Source: Candidatus Micrarchaeota archaeon (GTDB lineage Archaea > Micrarchaeota > Micrarchaeia > Micrarchaeales > CABMGC01). Taken from it: a DNA stretch of 40,259 bases. Positions within the stretch are counted from its first letter, which is position 1, and the number at the start of each line of letters is the position of its first letter. The notes under the pieces are model-generated. The model was not told the DNA's origin. It ran no database searches and saw only the letters and a program-made list of their open reading frames with translations. Below are positions 1 to 9,181 of the stretch, piece by piece. The stretch lies in contig JAGDYD010000031.1 in the NCBI GenBank assembly GCA_023256515.1, forward strand, positions 1-40,259, written 5' to 3'. Made by a program: the position numbers and the translations under genes.

Positions 1-1930
1 CGAGAGGCATTTTCTTTGTATGCACTTTGAATATCTCAAGCCTTGTTTCAGCATCAGGCATTGGTATCTCTATTATTCTATCAAACCTTCCAGGTCTGAG
101 CAAAGCAGGATCTATTGCTTCAGGCCTGTTTGTAGCTGCCAAAACAACCACGTTCTTAAGCCCAGCCAAGCCATCCATCTCTGTGAGCAAAGTATCTACA
201 ACACGCCTTGAAACGCCAGAATCAAGCTCATCATCGCCCCCTCTGGCGCTTGCTATTGAGTCTATTTCATCTATGAATATTATACAAGGAGCTGCAAGCC
301 TAGCTTTTCTGAATATTTCTCTCACTGTTTTTTCGCTTTCTCCAACATATTTGCTTAGAACTTCAGGACCTTTTATTGAAATGAAGTTCGACTCCCTTTC
401 AGTTGCTACCGCTTTTGCTAGAAGCGTTTTTCCAACACCAGGCGGCCCAACAAGAAGAACGCCTTTTACAGGCCTAATGCCCATTTTTTCAAATGCTTCT
501 GGCTTCTTTAAAGGCAATTCAACAGCTTCTTTGAGCTCTTCTTTTACCTTTTGCAAGCCGCCAATATCATTCCAATGAACATTTGGCCTCTCTACAAAAA
601 CCTCTCTTAGAGCGCTAGGCTGTATATTCCTCAAAGCTTCCATAAAGTGCTCTTTCTTTACTTGTAATTCATTCAATATCTCGCTTGGTATATGCTGCTT
701 GTCTATTATCTTTGGAAGTATAGACCTTAGAGTTGCCATTGCCGCTTCTCTAACCAATGCGCTTAGATCAGCACCAGTATAGCCATGGGTTATATTAGCT
801 AATTCATCAAGATCAACATCCTTTGCCAAAGGCATGTTCCTTGTGTGTATTTGCAGTATCTCTTTTCTTGCATTCCTATCTGGAACGCCTATTTCTATTT
901 CTCTATCAAACCTTCCAGGCCTTCTAAGCGCTGGATCTATTGCTTCAGGCCTGTTTGTAGCTGCCAATACTATAACTTGGCCCCTCTTTGAAATGCCATC
1001 CATAAGTGTCAATAGCTGCGAGACCATCCTTCTCTCAACTTCATTTGTTGCTTCCTCCCTTTTAGGGGCTATTGCGTCAATTTCATCCATGAATATTATA
1101 CTTGGCGCTTTTTCATTAGCCTCTTTGAATATCATCCTGAGCCTTTCTTCACTCTCTCCAACAAACTTGCTTACAAGCTCAGGCCCAGATATTGATATAA
1201 AGTTAGCATCACTTTCATTAGCAACTGCTTTTGCTAGAAGCGTTTTTCCTGTACCTGGCGGCCCATATAAAAGTACCCCTTTTGGAGGTTCAATGCCCAA
1301 TCTTTCAAAAAGCTCTGGATACCTTATTGGCAATTCTACCATCTCCCTTATCTTCTGTATCTCATTCTTCAAGCCGCCTATGTCTTCATAATGCACCTCC
1401 CCTATCTTTACAAGGGATTCTGACACAGGCTCTTCTTTTACTATGAAATCAGTATCCTTTGTTATCCTTACTATGCCATGCGGTATTACCTGCACAACCA
1501 AGAAATTAAATACAATACCAAACATAGGTATTGGTACAACATCGCCTTTTGACATTGGCTTGCCCTCCCACTTCCTTTTTGCATATTCTGCAAAGTCAGG
1601 CGACAAAGGCATCTTTTGGCCTGGAGGCGGAGCTATAACTACACGCTCTGCATCCTTCACCTCTGCCTTCGATACAAAAACCTTGTCTCCAATTCCAACC
1701 CCGACATTTTGCCTAAGATAACCATCTATCCTTATGAAACCCAAGCCTTCATCGCTAGGATGTGCTTGCCAAACGACTGCTGCTGTAGACTTTATCTTGC
1801 CTTTTATCTCTATAATGTCCCCAGATACAACATCTAAGAGCTTCCTTGACTTAGAATCTATTCTAGCAATACCTCTACCTGAATCTGTTACAAGCGCATC
1901 TGCAACTGTAAGCTCTATACTATTCGGCAT
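1..1930 (-). CDS. cdc48: Cdc48/VAT-type double AAA+ ATPase (C-terminal end runs off the left edge of the window)
   Basis: It is absent from the ORF track because it has no stop codon inside the window. Reverse-strand translation from the ATG at 1930 gives [44 protein letters not shown]..., a Cdc48/VAT N-domain. Two Walker A boxes are readable as reverse complements: [11 protein letters not shown] near 1250-1280 and [11 protein letters not shown] near 435-470. The + strand ORFs 27-578 and 834-1391 are antisense shadows of this gene. Confidence 0.9.
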   Translation of the reverse strand, partial: MPNSIELTVADALVTDSGRGIARIDSKSRKLLDVVSGDIIEIKGKIKSTAAVVWQAHPSDEGLGFIRIDGYLRQNVGVGIGDKVFVSKAEVKDAERVVIAPPPGQKMPLSPDFAEYAKRKWEGKPMSKGDVVPIPMFGIVFNFLVVQVIPHGIVRITKDTDFIVKEEPVSESLVKIGEVHYEDIGGLKNEIQKIREMVELPIRYPELFERLGIEPPKGVLLYGPPGTGKTLLAKAVANESDANFISISGPELVSKFVGESEERLRMIFKEANEKAPSIIFMDEIDAIAPKREEATNEVERRMVSQLLTLMDGISKRGQVIVLAATNRPEAIDPALRRPGRFDREIEIGVPDRNARKEILQIHTRNMPLAKDVDLDELANITHGYTGADLSALVREAAMATLRSILPKIIDKQHIPSEILNELQVKKEHFMEALRNIQPSALREVFVERPNVHWNDIGGLQKVKEELKEAVELPLKKPEAFEKMGIRPVKGVLLVGPPGVGKTLLAKAVATERESNFISIKGPEVLSKYVGESEKTVREIFRKARLAAPCIIFIDEIDSIASARGGDDELDSGVSRRVVDTLLTEMDGLAGLKNVVVLAATNRPEAIDPALLRPGRFDRIIEIPMPDAETRLEIFKVHTKKMPL

Positions 1931-1990
1931 TTAAGCACCACAGTACAACTACTCTAGATTTATATTTGGAAACAAATTTATATATACCTT

Positions 1991-2734
1991 TCAAAAAAGG
2001 CCTCTATAAAATGCGGAGAAAATATACGCTACAACAAGCATGAAGACAAGGCCAATTAGCAATGAGATTAATGGCACAACCAGAGAGAACAAAACAAATA
2101 TCAAAAGCTCTGTAGAGAAGTAAATGTACTTGTTCCATCTAAGCACTTTGCTGCCATCGAGAGGGTATATTGGAAGCATATTGAAAAAGGCTAGAAGTAT
2201 GCTTATAAAAAGCACCATATTTACCATATTATGGAAGAAAGAAAGCTTGAACACCTCATTAGAAAATGTGAGTATAACGCTTGGCAAGAAATTGTGGAAC
2301 GAGAGAAGCCCTATAACTAAGAACACTATAAATATTGCAAAATTTGTAAGAGGGCCGGCTATTGATACTATACCTTCTTCTTTTCTCGAGAAATAGTTTG
2401 TATATATTATTGTTGCACCAGGTATTCCTATAAGGAAGCCAAACAAGCTTGTTATCAATGTTATTGCAAGCCCATAAGTAGAGGTCCTGAAGCCTGCAAT
2501 AGCCCCATATTTCTCTGCAATAAACTTGTGCATGAGCTCATGAAGAATAAAAGATAAGGAAACAGCTATGAATGAGATTGGCAAGAAATAAATGAATAAA
2601 GGCAATAAAGTATAAAGGTTTTGTATGCCGCCAATCATAACTAATGAAAATGCGAAAGTCAATACGACATCAGCTAACAGAATCTCCTTTATTTCCCTGC
2701 TGCGTGGCACTTCTATGCGCATGTAATATTGCAT
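1991..2734 (-). CDS. Peptidase M50 (site-2 protease family) membrane metalloprotease
   Basis: It has the HExxH motif (HELMHKFIAEKYG) and the second S2P metal-ligand motif (NMLPIYPLDGSKVL). The protein is polytopic and hydrophobic, 247 aa. Confidence 0.85.
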   Translation of the reverse strand: MQYYMRIEVPRSREIKEILLADVVLTFAFSLVMIGGIQNLYTLLPLFIYFLPISFIAVSLSFILHELMHKFIAEKYGAIAGFRTSTYGLAITLITSLFGFLIGIPGATIIYTNYFSRKEEGIVSIAGPLTNFAIFIVFLVIGLLSFHNFLPSVILTFSNEVFKLSFFHNMVNMVLFISILLAFFNMLPIYPLDGSKVLRWNKYIYFSTELLIFVLFSLVVPLISLLIGLVFMLVVAYIFSAFYRGLF

Positions 2735-2789
2735 AAAGGTTATTTTAATTGAAAAGTTAATAAAGGTTTAAGTCAGATAATTAATTAAT

Positions 2790-2862
2790 AGCTCCATCGT
2801 CTAGCGGTCAAGGATAACGGGCTCTGGACCCGTTGACGCCAGTTCGAATCTGGCTGGAGCTA
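2790..2862 (+). tRNA. tRNA-Gln (anticodon CUG)
   Basis: Cloverleaf folded by hand. The acceptor stem is AGCTCCA/TGGAGCT (7 bp, with A1-U72 as in archaeal tRNA-Gln). The anticodon stem is ACGGG/CCCGT with loop CTCTGGA. The T arm is GCCAG-TTCGAAT-CTGGC, the discriminator is A, and no CCA is encoded. Confidence 0.85.
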
Positions 2863-2877
2863 TAAAAATGTGGTTTA

Positions 2878-3303
2878 ATGGAAGGAGAAGCCCATAAGGA
2901 TCATATAATAGTCTGCGGCTATGGAATTGTCGGAGAGAAAATAGTTGATATACTCCTAGAGCATAAGATAGATGTTGTTGTAATAGAATCAGATCATAAA
3001 AAGGTAGAAGCTTTGAGAGAGAGGGGCATAGCTACTATTGAAGGCGACGCAACGAGCTCAAAAGCCCTTAAAGAAGCCGGCATAGCAAATGCAAAAGCCA
3101 TTGCAATAGCCATGGACGACGATGCTAAAAACCTTTTTGCTACAATAACAGCAAAAAGCTTAAACGAGGAAATAATAATAGCGACTAGGGCTAACGACGA
3201 GCTCTTTGAAACGAAGCTTATAGATGCAGGTGCAAAATTTGTTGCTACCCCAAACAAATCTGCAAGCGATGAGCTTTTCAATGAAATAGTAAAAGGGCTT
3301 TGA
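2878..3303 (+). CDS. Soluble TrkA-N/RCK domain protein (NAD-binding Rossmann fold)
   Basis: It contains HIIVCGYGIVGEKIVDILLEHKIDVVVIESD, an intact GxGxxG motif followed by an acidic residue at the end of beta-2. At 141 aa it is the size of a single RCK N-lobe. Confidence 0.8.
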   Translation: MEGEAHKDHIIVCGYGIVGEKIVDILLEHKIDVVVIESDHKKVEALRERGIATIEGDATSSKALKEAGIANAKAIAIAMDDDAKNLFATITAKSLNEEIIIATRANDELFETKLIDAGAKFVATPNKSASDELFNEIVKGL

Positions 3304-4083
3304 ATGCAAAAAATATATGAAAGGTCAGAAAATGTAATATACGCTGCAGCAATAATGTCTGCAATAATAATTTTGATTTCTGTAATAGCTTTATTGATAA
3401 TAACAAAAAACCCTTACCTCGATGCCTATTATATAATAGACACTTTTTTCAATGCACCCAATAGCGCAGCTACATGGGATCTTGCACAACTTGCAATAAC
3501 ATACCCTTTGGGCAAATTTGCTGTTGTCCTGTTTATAGTCATTTTAGATAATATAGGCAAGCTTTTGATAATTAGCTTTGTCTTCGCCGCTGTTATAGAC
3601 ATAATATCATATGCAAACCTCGAGAAATATATAAGCATGGCTAATGCAAAAAGAATGAAGGGCCATATAATAATATGCGGCTACAACAAGCTTTCAGAAA
3701 GGCTGATAGGTGAAATAGAGAAGCTGAAAAATAAGCCAAGGATTGTGGTAATAGAAAGCGATGAGGAAAATATAATAGAATTGCACCATAGGCATATACC
3801 TGCAGTAGAAGGAAGTTGCTCAAGCATAAAGGCATTAAAGGCTGCTTCTGTTGAAAAGGCAAAGGTGATAGTTTTTGCAAAGCAGAACGATACTGAGAAT
3901 ATAGTTGGTGCAATCGAAGTAAAAAAACTGAATAAAAAGATAAAGATACTCATTAGGACTGCAAAAGAAGACACTATGACAAAGATGTATAGAGTAGGCG
4001 TAGACATGTGCGTTCTACCAGAGTATCTTGCAGGCATAAGCATAGGAGAATTCCTCTTGAAATATGCGAAGGTGCAGAAATGA
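3304..4083 (+). CDS. MthK-like 2TM pore plus RCK domain protein with a non-canonical selectivity-filter region
   Basis: Two hydrophobic helices flank YLDAYYIIDTFFNAPNSAATWD...PLGKFAVVLFIVILDNIG. By eye this aligns with the pore-helix, filter and inner-helix region of 2TM K+ channels. An RCK domain follows (GHIIICGYNKLSERLIGEIE...IVVIESDE). The ATG directly abuts the upstream TGA. Confidence 0.65.
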   Translation: MQKIYERSENVIYAAAIMSAIIILISVIALLIITKNPYLDAYYIIDTFFNAPNSAATWDLAQLAITYPLGKFAVVLFIVILDNIGKLLIISFVFAAVIDIISYANLEKYISMANAKRMKGHIIICGYNKLSERLIGEIEKLKNKPRIVVIESDEENIIELHHRHIPAVEGSCSSIKALKAASVEKAKVIVFAKQNDTENIVGAIEVKKLNKKIKILIRTAKEDTMTKMYRVGVDMCVLPEYLAGISIGEFLLKYAKVQK

Positions 4084-4823
4084 GGATAAGGACTGTAAAC
4101 AAAATATTGATAATAAGCTTTTTGCTTCTTTATGCAATATCAGTGCTTCTTATTTATAGTCTTGGCTATAATATATGGGTTTCATTAACTTGGAACCTGC
4201 TTAGCTTTATAGGGGCAGACTTTCCTGTAGATTTTTCAATTCCAGACAAAGCAAATGCAATAGCCTTCTTAAGCAACGTGCTTGGAGTTATTGGCAGCCT
4301 TATACTTACCATTTTGCTTACCTCTTTCTTTTACCAGATTCTGAGTAGAGTAAATATAAAGAAATCAATAGCAGAGGCAAAAATAAGAGGCTTGAAGCAC
4401 CACACAATATTATATCCTTCGAACAAGATCGCAGAATATTTGGCCAAAGATCTTGCCAGAAATAAAATAGAGTTTTTGATCTTAGACCCTTCAAAGAAAT
4501 ATGTTGAAGAGTATATCGATGAAGGCATGCTTGCCTTAGAAGGGGATGCATTCGACCCTGTTGCTCTAGAAAAAGCAAAAATAAAAGAAGCATCTAAAAT
4601 TATATTGCTAAATGAAGATATAACAAAAAATGCTCTTGCTGCAATAAGTGCCAAAAAAATGAACAACAAGATAAGAATAGCTTCTAGGATAAAAAAAGTA
4701 GATGATATAGCAAAGATGAAAAGAATAGGTGTAGACTACTTAGTTATGCCGGAAATTGCTATAGGGGATGAAATAGGTAAGTTCTTGGTAAAAGAAGCTA
4801 TTCTGAAAAAAAAGCTAGTATAG
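4080..4823 (+). CDS. Second MthK-like 2TM pore plus degenerate RCK domain protein
   Basis: I chose the ATG at 4080 because it overlaps the upstream stop (ATGA). The track ORF start at 4008 lies inside the preceding gene. NIWVSLTWNLLSFIGADFPVD resembles the pore helix and filter position (MthK has VSLYW...TVGYGD). The RCK-like part (HHTILYPSNKIAEYLAKDLARNKIEFLILDPS) lacks GxGxxG. Confidence 0.6.
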   Translation: MRIRTVNKILIISFLLLYAISVLLIYSLGYNIWVSLTWNLLSFIGADFPVDFSIPDKANAIAFLSNVLGVIGSLILTILLTSFFYQILSRVNIKKSIAEAKIRGLKHHTILYPSNKIAEYLAKDLARNKIEFLILDPSKKYVEEYIDEGMLALEGDAFDPVALEKAKIKEASKIILLNEDITKNALAAISAKKMNNKIRIASRIKKVDDIAKMKRIGVDYLVMPEIAIGDEIGKFLVKEAILKKKLV

Positions 4824-4840
4824 GAAAGGTCAATATAGGC

Positions 4841-4866
4841 AAATTTATAATATTTTTATAATTAAA
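4841..4866 (+). promoter_or_regulatory. TATA-like A/T-rich box upstream of the filament ATPase operon
   Basis: The sequence aaatttataatatttttataatt lies 16-41 nt upstream of the ATG at 4882. The TATA-like core tttttataatt (4854-4864) lies 18-28 nt upstream of the ATG. This fits an archaeal TATA box driving a transcript with little or no leader. It rests on sequence resemblance only. Confidence 0.3.
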
Positions 4867-4881
4867 TAAAATAGTGTTTGT

Positions 4882-6081
4882 ATGGCTGAAGATGTAACAA
4901 AGACCAGTATAGATACATTAGTAGAATATCTAAAGGAGCATGGAGAAACTGATTCTTCGACTCTTGCGAAAACCTTAGGAGTCAGCGAGACGCTAATAGA
5001 AGAATGGTCGAATATACTAGAGAGGTCAAATATAGTTAAAATAAACTATAAAGCTGGAAAGATGTATGTAGCCCCCTTGGCTGTTACAAAAGGAGGAGCT
5101 GAAGAAGCGCAGCATAGCATAGAGATAGAGAAGGAGAATATAATAAATGAAGCGACAGCCCAGCTCGATGAGATAAATAGGCTAAACGAGAAGATAGAAA
5201 ACCTTAGCAAAGTGATATCAAGCGGAAATGAGATTCTAAAGAAAAAGATGGGCCCTTTGAAAGAGGAATTGGACGAACTTTATAAAATATCTAATATAGT
5301 TGAAAAGAAATATAATGAGGTTAAAGAAAGGAAAAAAGAAGTAGACACAATAGCAGAAAGACTTAACAAAGAGGTAGAGGGGCTAAAGGAGAGGGCCTCT
5401 AACATAGAAAGATTTAGCATAGACACTGCCAATGCCAAAAAGCTTCTACAAGATATACAGAATAAAATAGAGCTTATGCAGAAGACGTTAGAAGAAGAAA
5501 TAGAAAACAGAAAAAAGGCATTCGAAATGCTTGAAAAAAATGAAAAAGCCATTGTTGAAAGCATAAAAAACGAGATAAATGCAATAAGAGAGATGATAAT
5601 AGCGAGCGAAAGGCAGATAAATGAGGCACAAAAGTTAGAGACGCAGTACAAAAAAGATGCAATTATGCTCAGAAGAAAGCTAGATGAGACAGGGAAAAAA
5701 GCGATAGCAGACATCTCGAAGGATAAAGAGGAAATAGAAAAATACTACAATCTCTTAGACAAAAAATATGCTGAGCTAAAGTTAAAGATAGAAGATGTTA
5801 AGAAAAGCATAGGGGACATAACAACTATCAATGAAACGCTTAAAAAAGCTCAAAACTCAATAGAAAACATAAACAAGAGCAAAGAGCCATTGCAAAAGGA
5901 GCTAAATGAAATAATACAAGAGGCAAAGAGCATAGATACATTAGCAAAGGAAGATATAATTACAGGCACAAAGAAAGTAAAAGAGCTTAAAGACAAGATT
6001 TCAAAATCACGTTCTAAATTAGGAGAAATAAATAAGATGGTTTCTGATACAGATGAGAATATAGAAGACTTAATGAAGTGA
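4882..6081 (+). CDS. Winged-helix (N-terminal) plus long coiled-coil protein; first gene of the filament ATPase operon
   Basis: The N-terminus (TSIDTLVEYLKEHGETDSSTLAKTLGVSETLIEEWSNILERSNIVKINYKAGKMYVAP) has a helix-turn-helix plus wing pattern. The remaining roughly 320 aa are K/E/I/L-rich heptad-like coiled coil. The gene stops 4 nt before the ATPase start. Confidence 0.5.
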   Translation: MAEDVTKTSIDTLVEYLKEHGETDSSTLAKTLGVSETLIEEWSNILERSNIVKINYKAGKMYVAPLAVTKGGAEEAQHSIEIEKENIINEATAQLDEINRLNEKIENLSKVISSGNEILKKKMGPLKEELDELYKISNIVEKKYNEVKERKKEVDTIAERLNKEVEGLKERASNIERFSIDTANAKKLLQDIQNKIELMQKTLEEEIENRKKAFEMLEKNEKAIVESIKNEINAIREMIIASERQINEAQKLETQYKKDAIMLRRKLDETGKKAIADISKDKEEIEKYYNLLDKKYAELKLKIEDVKKSIGDITTINETLKKAQNSIENINKSKEPLQKELNEIIQEAKSIDTLAKEDIITGTKKVKELKDKISKSRSKLGEINKMVSDTDENIEDLMK

Positions 6082-6085
6082 ATGC

Positions 6086-7588
6086 ATGGCCGAGAATGAA
6101 AAGGTATATGATTCTTATGAGCTTGACGCTCATGGCTTGAAAGTAAATGTAAGAATAGTAGACAAAGGGGATTTTGTACCTATTTACGAAGTAACTATGC
6201 CTGGTATAGGAGAGGCTACAAAGATACTTCTCCTTTCAGAAAGGCAGGAGCTTCTTTCCCTTGTACCAATAGACCCAACAAGGATAGAAGACAAAGAATA
6301 TGTTGCTGAGCTCACAAACAAGTATATAGAGGCTTCAAATATAATAATCGACAAGTATCTGCCAGGTACAAATAAAGAAATAAAAAAGATGCTTACTGCT
6401 TATATAATAAATATAATGCTCGGCCTAGGAGACCTAGAAGCACCTCTTGCTGATGAAAACCTTGAAGAAATTGCAGTAAATACTTCAAAAGAGCCTGTTT
6501 GGGTATTTCATAAAAAATATGGCTGGTGCAAAACAAATCTAGTAATACCTAGCGAGGAGATAATATACGATGACGCAGAGCAGATAGGAAGAAGAGTGGG
6601 CAGGCAGATAACAAATTTATCTCCTTTAATGGATGCAGAATTGCCAGACGGCTCAAGAGTAAACGCTACATTATACCCAATATCACAAAAAGGAAATACT
6701 ATAACAATAAGAAAATTCGGCAAAAACCCGTGGACTATGCCTGCTCTTGTTGCAAATGGCACAGTTTCTAGCTATCTCGCTTCTTTAATATGGATGAGCA
6801 TACAAAATGAAGTAAGTATACTAATCTCTGGAGGTACTGCAAGCGGTAAAACAAGTTTCTTGAATGCTATGAGCATATTCATACCACCAAACAGGAGAAT
6901 TATATCTGTAGAAGAAACAAGAGAGCTTACGTTGCCTGAATTCTTGCATTGGGTGCCTATGGTAACAAGGCAGCCGAATCCTGAAGGCAAAGGAGAGATT
7001 AAGCTATATGACCTCATGATAAATGCCCTCAGGCAAAGGCCAGATATAATGCTTGTAGGAGAAATTAGAACCAAGAGCGATGCGGAAACATTATTTGAAG
7101 CAATACACACAGGGCACTCTGTCTATGGAACAGTCCATGCCGATGACACGCAAGATACCATAGTAAGAATGACAAACCCACCTATAGACATACCTAAGCT
7201 GATGATAAATGCTATAGGCAGCATAGTTACCCTTTTCAGGCATAGAAGGTTGGGAATAAGAAGACTCTTAGAATTTGGAGAAGTCACAAGAACCGGAGAT
7301 GCTACGGTGCTTTGGAGGTGGAACCCAAGGCAAGACACATTTGTCCAAATAGGAGAAATGGCTAGGCTTGCAGATACAATAATGCTTTATGGAGGCTATA
7401 CAAGAAATGAGATGCTTGATGAGATAGAAGAAAAGAAGAAGATAATAGAGTGGATGGTCAAAAATAAAGTATTTGATGTAGACGCCACAGGTTATATAAT
7501 AGCAAACTATTACAAAGATAAAAACAGCGTACTAGATATAGTAAACAAAGATACGCCATACTCTAGTGAATTGTTCAAAAAGGTGTAA
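6086..7588 (+). CDS. Type IV filament assembly ATPase, FlaI/PilB/VirB11 (T2SSE) family
   Basis: It carries a Walker A motif (ILISGGTASGKTSFLNA), a Walker B/Asp box (RPDIMLVGEIRT) and a His box (GHSVYGTVHAD). The 500 aa length includes the N-terminal domain typical of archaeal FlaI-like ATPases. Confidence 0.9.
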   Translation: MAENEKVYDSYELDAHGLKVNVRIVDKGDFVPIYEVTMPGIGEATKILLLSERQELLSLVPIDPTRIEDKEYVAELTNKYIEASNIIIDKYLPGTNKEIKKMLTAYIINIMLGLGDLEAPLADENLEEIAVNTSKEPVWVFHKKYGWCKTNLVIPSEEIIYDDAEQIGRRVGRQITNLSPLMDAELPDGSRVNATLYPISQKGNTITIRKFGKNPWTMPALVANGTVSSYLASLIWMSIQNEVSILISGGTASGKTSFLNAMSIFIPPNRRIISVEETRELTLPEFLHWVPMVTRQPNPEGKGEIKLYDLMINALRQRPDIMLVGEIRTKSDAETLFEAIHTGHSVYGTVHADDTQDTIVRMTNPPIDIPKLMINAIGSIVTLFRHRRLGIRRLLEFGEVTRTGDATVLWRWNPRQDTFVQIGEMARLADTIMLYGGYTRNEMLDEIEEKKKIIEWMVKNKVFDVDATGYIIANYYKDKNSVLDIVNKDTPYSSELFKKV

Positions 7589-7590
7589 GT

Positions 7591-8160
7591 TTGAGTTTGG
7601 TAGAACTTAATGACCCAAAAATTTTTGAAGAGATTGAAAATTTGGAGAGACCTGAAAATATAATAGAGCTTGATATAGACAAAGCTCTCCAAAATAAGAT
7701 TGATTTTAAAGAATATGATTACAATGAAGCTTTGCTTTTGCTTAGGGGCTCAGAAGAAAAAGTTGAGCAGAAAGAGCAGGAGATAGTTCAAAAAGCACCG
7801 CAAAAAGAAGAGAATGAGCAAATCCTAAAAGCCACAAAAGAGATAAAAGAGATTGTAGGATCAGTTGGCAAAGAGTTTGAAAAAAGCATAAAGAGAGAAA
7901 CGCAGAGGATAAAAGGGGAGAAGCTTATACTTCCTACTTTGTCTTTGCAAGACCAGGTATCAGAATTAGAGAAGATAAGCGAAGGCATTGATGAAAACGT
8001 TTTCAATGAAGAGCAGAGGAAGATAATAAAGATTGAAGTCAGAGGCCTTAAAGACAAGATAAAAAATGAAAAAATAATGCCTTCTGATGAATTGCAAAGA
8101 TCTCTGGTTGCTCTTAGGAATCAGAAAGTTGAAGAAGTAATAAAAAAGATTACATGGTAA
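7591..8160 (+). CDS. Acidic coiled-coil protein of unknown function (TTG start)
   Basis: The open frame sits between the ATPase and the platform genes. There is no ATG until near its end. The TTG at 7591 is preceded by AGGTG (7581-7585), which lies inside the end of the ATPase gene. The product is E/K-rich. Confidence 0.5.
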   Translation: MSLVELNDPKIFEEIENLERPENIIELDIDKALQNKIDFKEYDYNEALLLLRGSEEKVEQKEQEIVQKAPQKEENEQILKATKEIKEIVGSVGKEFEKSIKRETQRIKGEKLILPTLSLQDQVSELEKISEGIDENVFNEEQRKIIKIEVRGLKDKIKNEKIMPSDELQRSLVALRNQKVEEVIKKITW

Positions 8161-8178
8161 ATATCTATAGGTTGTGAG

Positions 8179-9177
8179 ATGTTTGGTAAAAAGAAGTATG
8201 TTCAAAACAATACACAGCCCATAGGGTTTACTAAACAGAAGAGGTTTCTTTTCTTTAAAATAAGATCAAAGCCCATATACCCAGAACAAAATCGAGTGTC
8301 GGAAATACTCCAGCAGCAAGAGGGCAAAGAGGGCAAAAAAATCTCTAAATTCCAGCTTTATATAGCAAGCATAGCGGCAAAGCATAAAGGCTTGGAGCTT
8401 GCACTAAGGGACCAAGGAATAAAAGAGAGTGTCTACGATTTTATAAAGAAGATGCTAATAAATTCAATAATAATAAGCTCAATACTTTCTGTGGCTATTT
8501 TTGTAATGCTCATGCATTATTATTTCAGCATAGCGGAGAGTTTGATATTTGCTCTTGTGCTTGGAATTGCTTCTTTCCAAGTCTTCTTCAACAAATTTGT
8601 GCAATATCCAATAGACAGAAGTAAAAACGTAGGGAAAGAGATAGAAAGAGACATACTCTTTGCTGCAAGAGACCTTGTCATAAGCATGAGGTCAGGAATG
8701 CCCCTCTTCAATGCGCTCACCACAGTGAGCACGGGATATGGAGCAGCTAGCAAGGAGTTTGCAAAAATAGTAGAGCTTGTTCAGCTTGGAATGCCAATAG
8801 AGCAGGCAATAGATGAAGTGAGCAGCAAAAGTCAGTCAAAGACATTCAAAAGTTTAATGCTACAAGCATCAGTCAGCATAAAGGCTGGCGCAGACATAGT
8901 TGGCGCATTGCAAGGAGTTGTAGATGAAGTTATGCAAGAAAGAGTTATAGAGCTTAGGAGATATGGGCAAAGGCTGAATGCACTTGCTATGTTTTACATG
9001 CTTTTTGGAGTAATATTTCCAAGTATGGGTATAGCAGTAGCTGCAATACTTACTACATTCATAAGCATATTTACGGTTGATGAATCAACTCTTATATTCG
9101 CATTAGTAGGCATTTTATTCTTGCAGCTCATATTCCTTAACATTATGAGGTCCTCAAGGCCAACATTTGCAATGTGA
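8179..9177 (+). CDS. Type IV filament platform protein, single T2SSF domain (TadB/EpdJ-like half of FlaJ/PilC)
   Basis: The cytoplasmic T2SSF-type helical domain (ERDILFAARDLVISMRSGMPLFNALTTVSTGYG...MPIEQAIDEV) is bracketed by hydrophobic helices. The protein is 332 aa. Confidence 0.8.
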   Translation: MFGKKKYVQNNTQPIGFTKQKRFLFFKIRSKPIYPEQNRVSEILQQQEGKEGKKISKFQLYIASIAAKHKGLELALRDQGIKESVYDFIKKMLINSIIISSILSVAIFVMLMHYYFSIAESLIFALVLGIASFQVFFNKFVQYPIDRSKNVGKEIERDILFAARDLVISMRSGMPLFNALTTVSTGYGAASKEFAKIVELVQLGMPIEQAIDEVSSKSQSKTFKSLMLQASVSIKAGADIVGALQGVVDEVMQERVIELRRYGQRLNALAMFYMLFGVIFPSMGIAVAAILTTFISIFTVDESTLIFALVGILFLQLIFLNIMRSSRPTFAM

Positions 9178-9181
9178 TTGT

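Noticed and set aside
27-1934. Several + strand ORFs (27-578, 834-1391, 1231-1446, 1443-1721, 1616-1837, 1734-1934), some Ser/Leu-rich
   Set aside because: They lie antisense to the clearly recognisable Cdc48/VAT gene on the - strand. Their low-complexity composition is the mirror of its codon usage.
4008-4079. The long start for the third RCK gene (MRSTRVSCRHKHRRIPLEICEGAE...)
   Set aside because: This segment lies inside the preceding gene in another frame and is Arg/Cys/His-rich, unlike the rest of the proteome. The ATG at 4080, overlapping the upstream TGA, is the typical coupled start.
5280-5714. A - strand 144-aa Ser/Phe/Leu-rich ORF, and similar + strand ORFs at 35520-36908
   Set aside because: These are antisense shadows of K/E-rich coiled-coil genes (the wHTH coiled-coil protein and rad50). 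GAA/AAG-rich sense strands give stop-free TTC/CTT-rich antisense frames.
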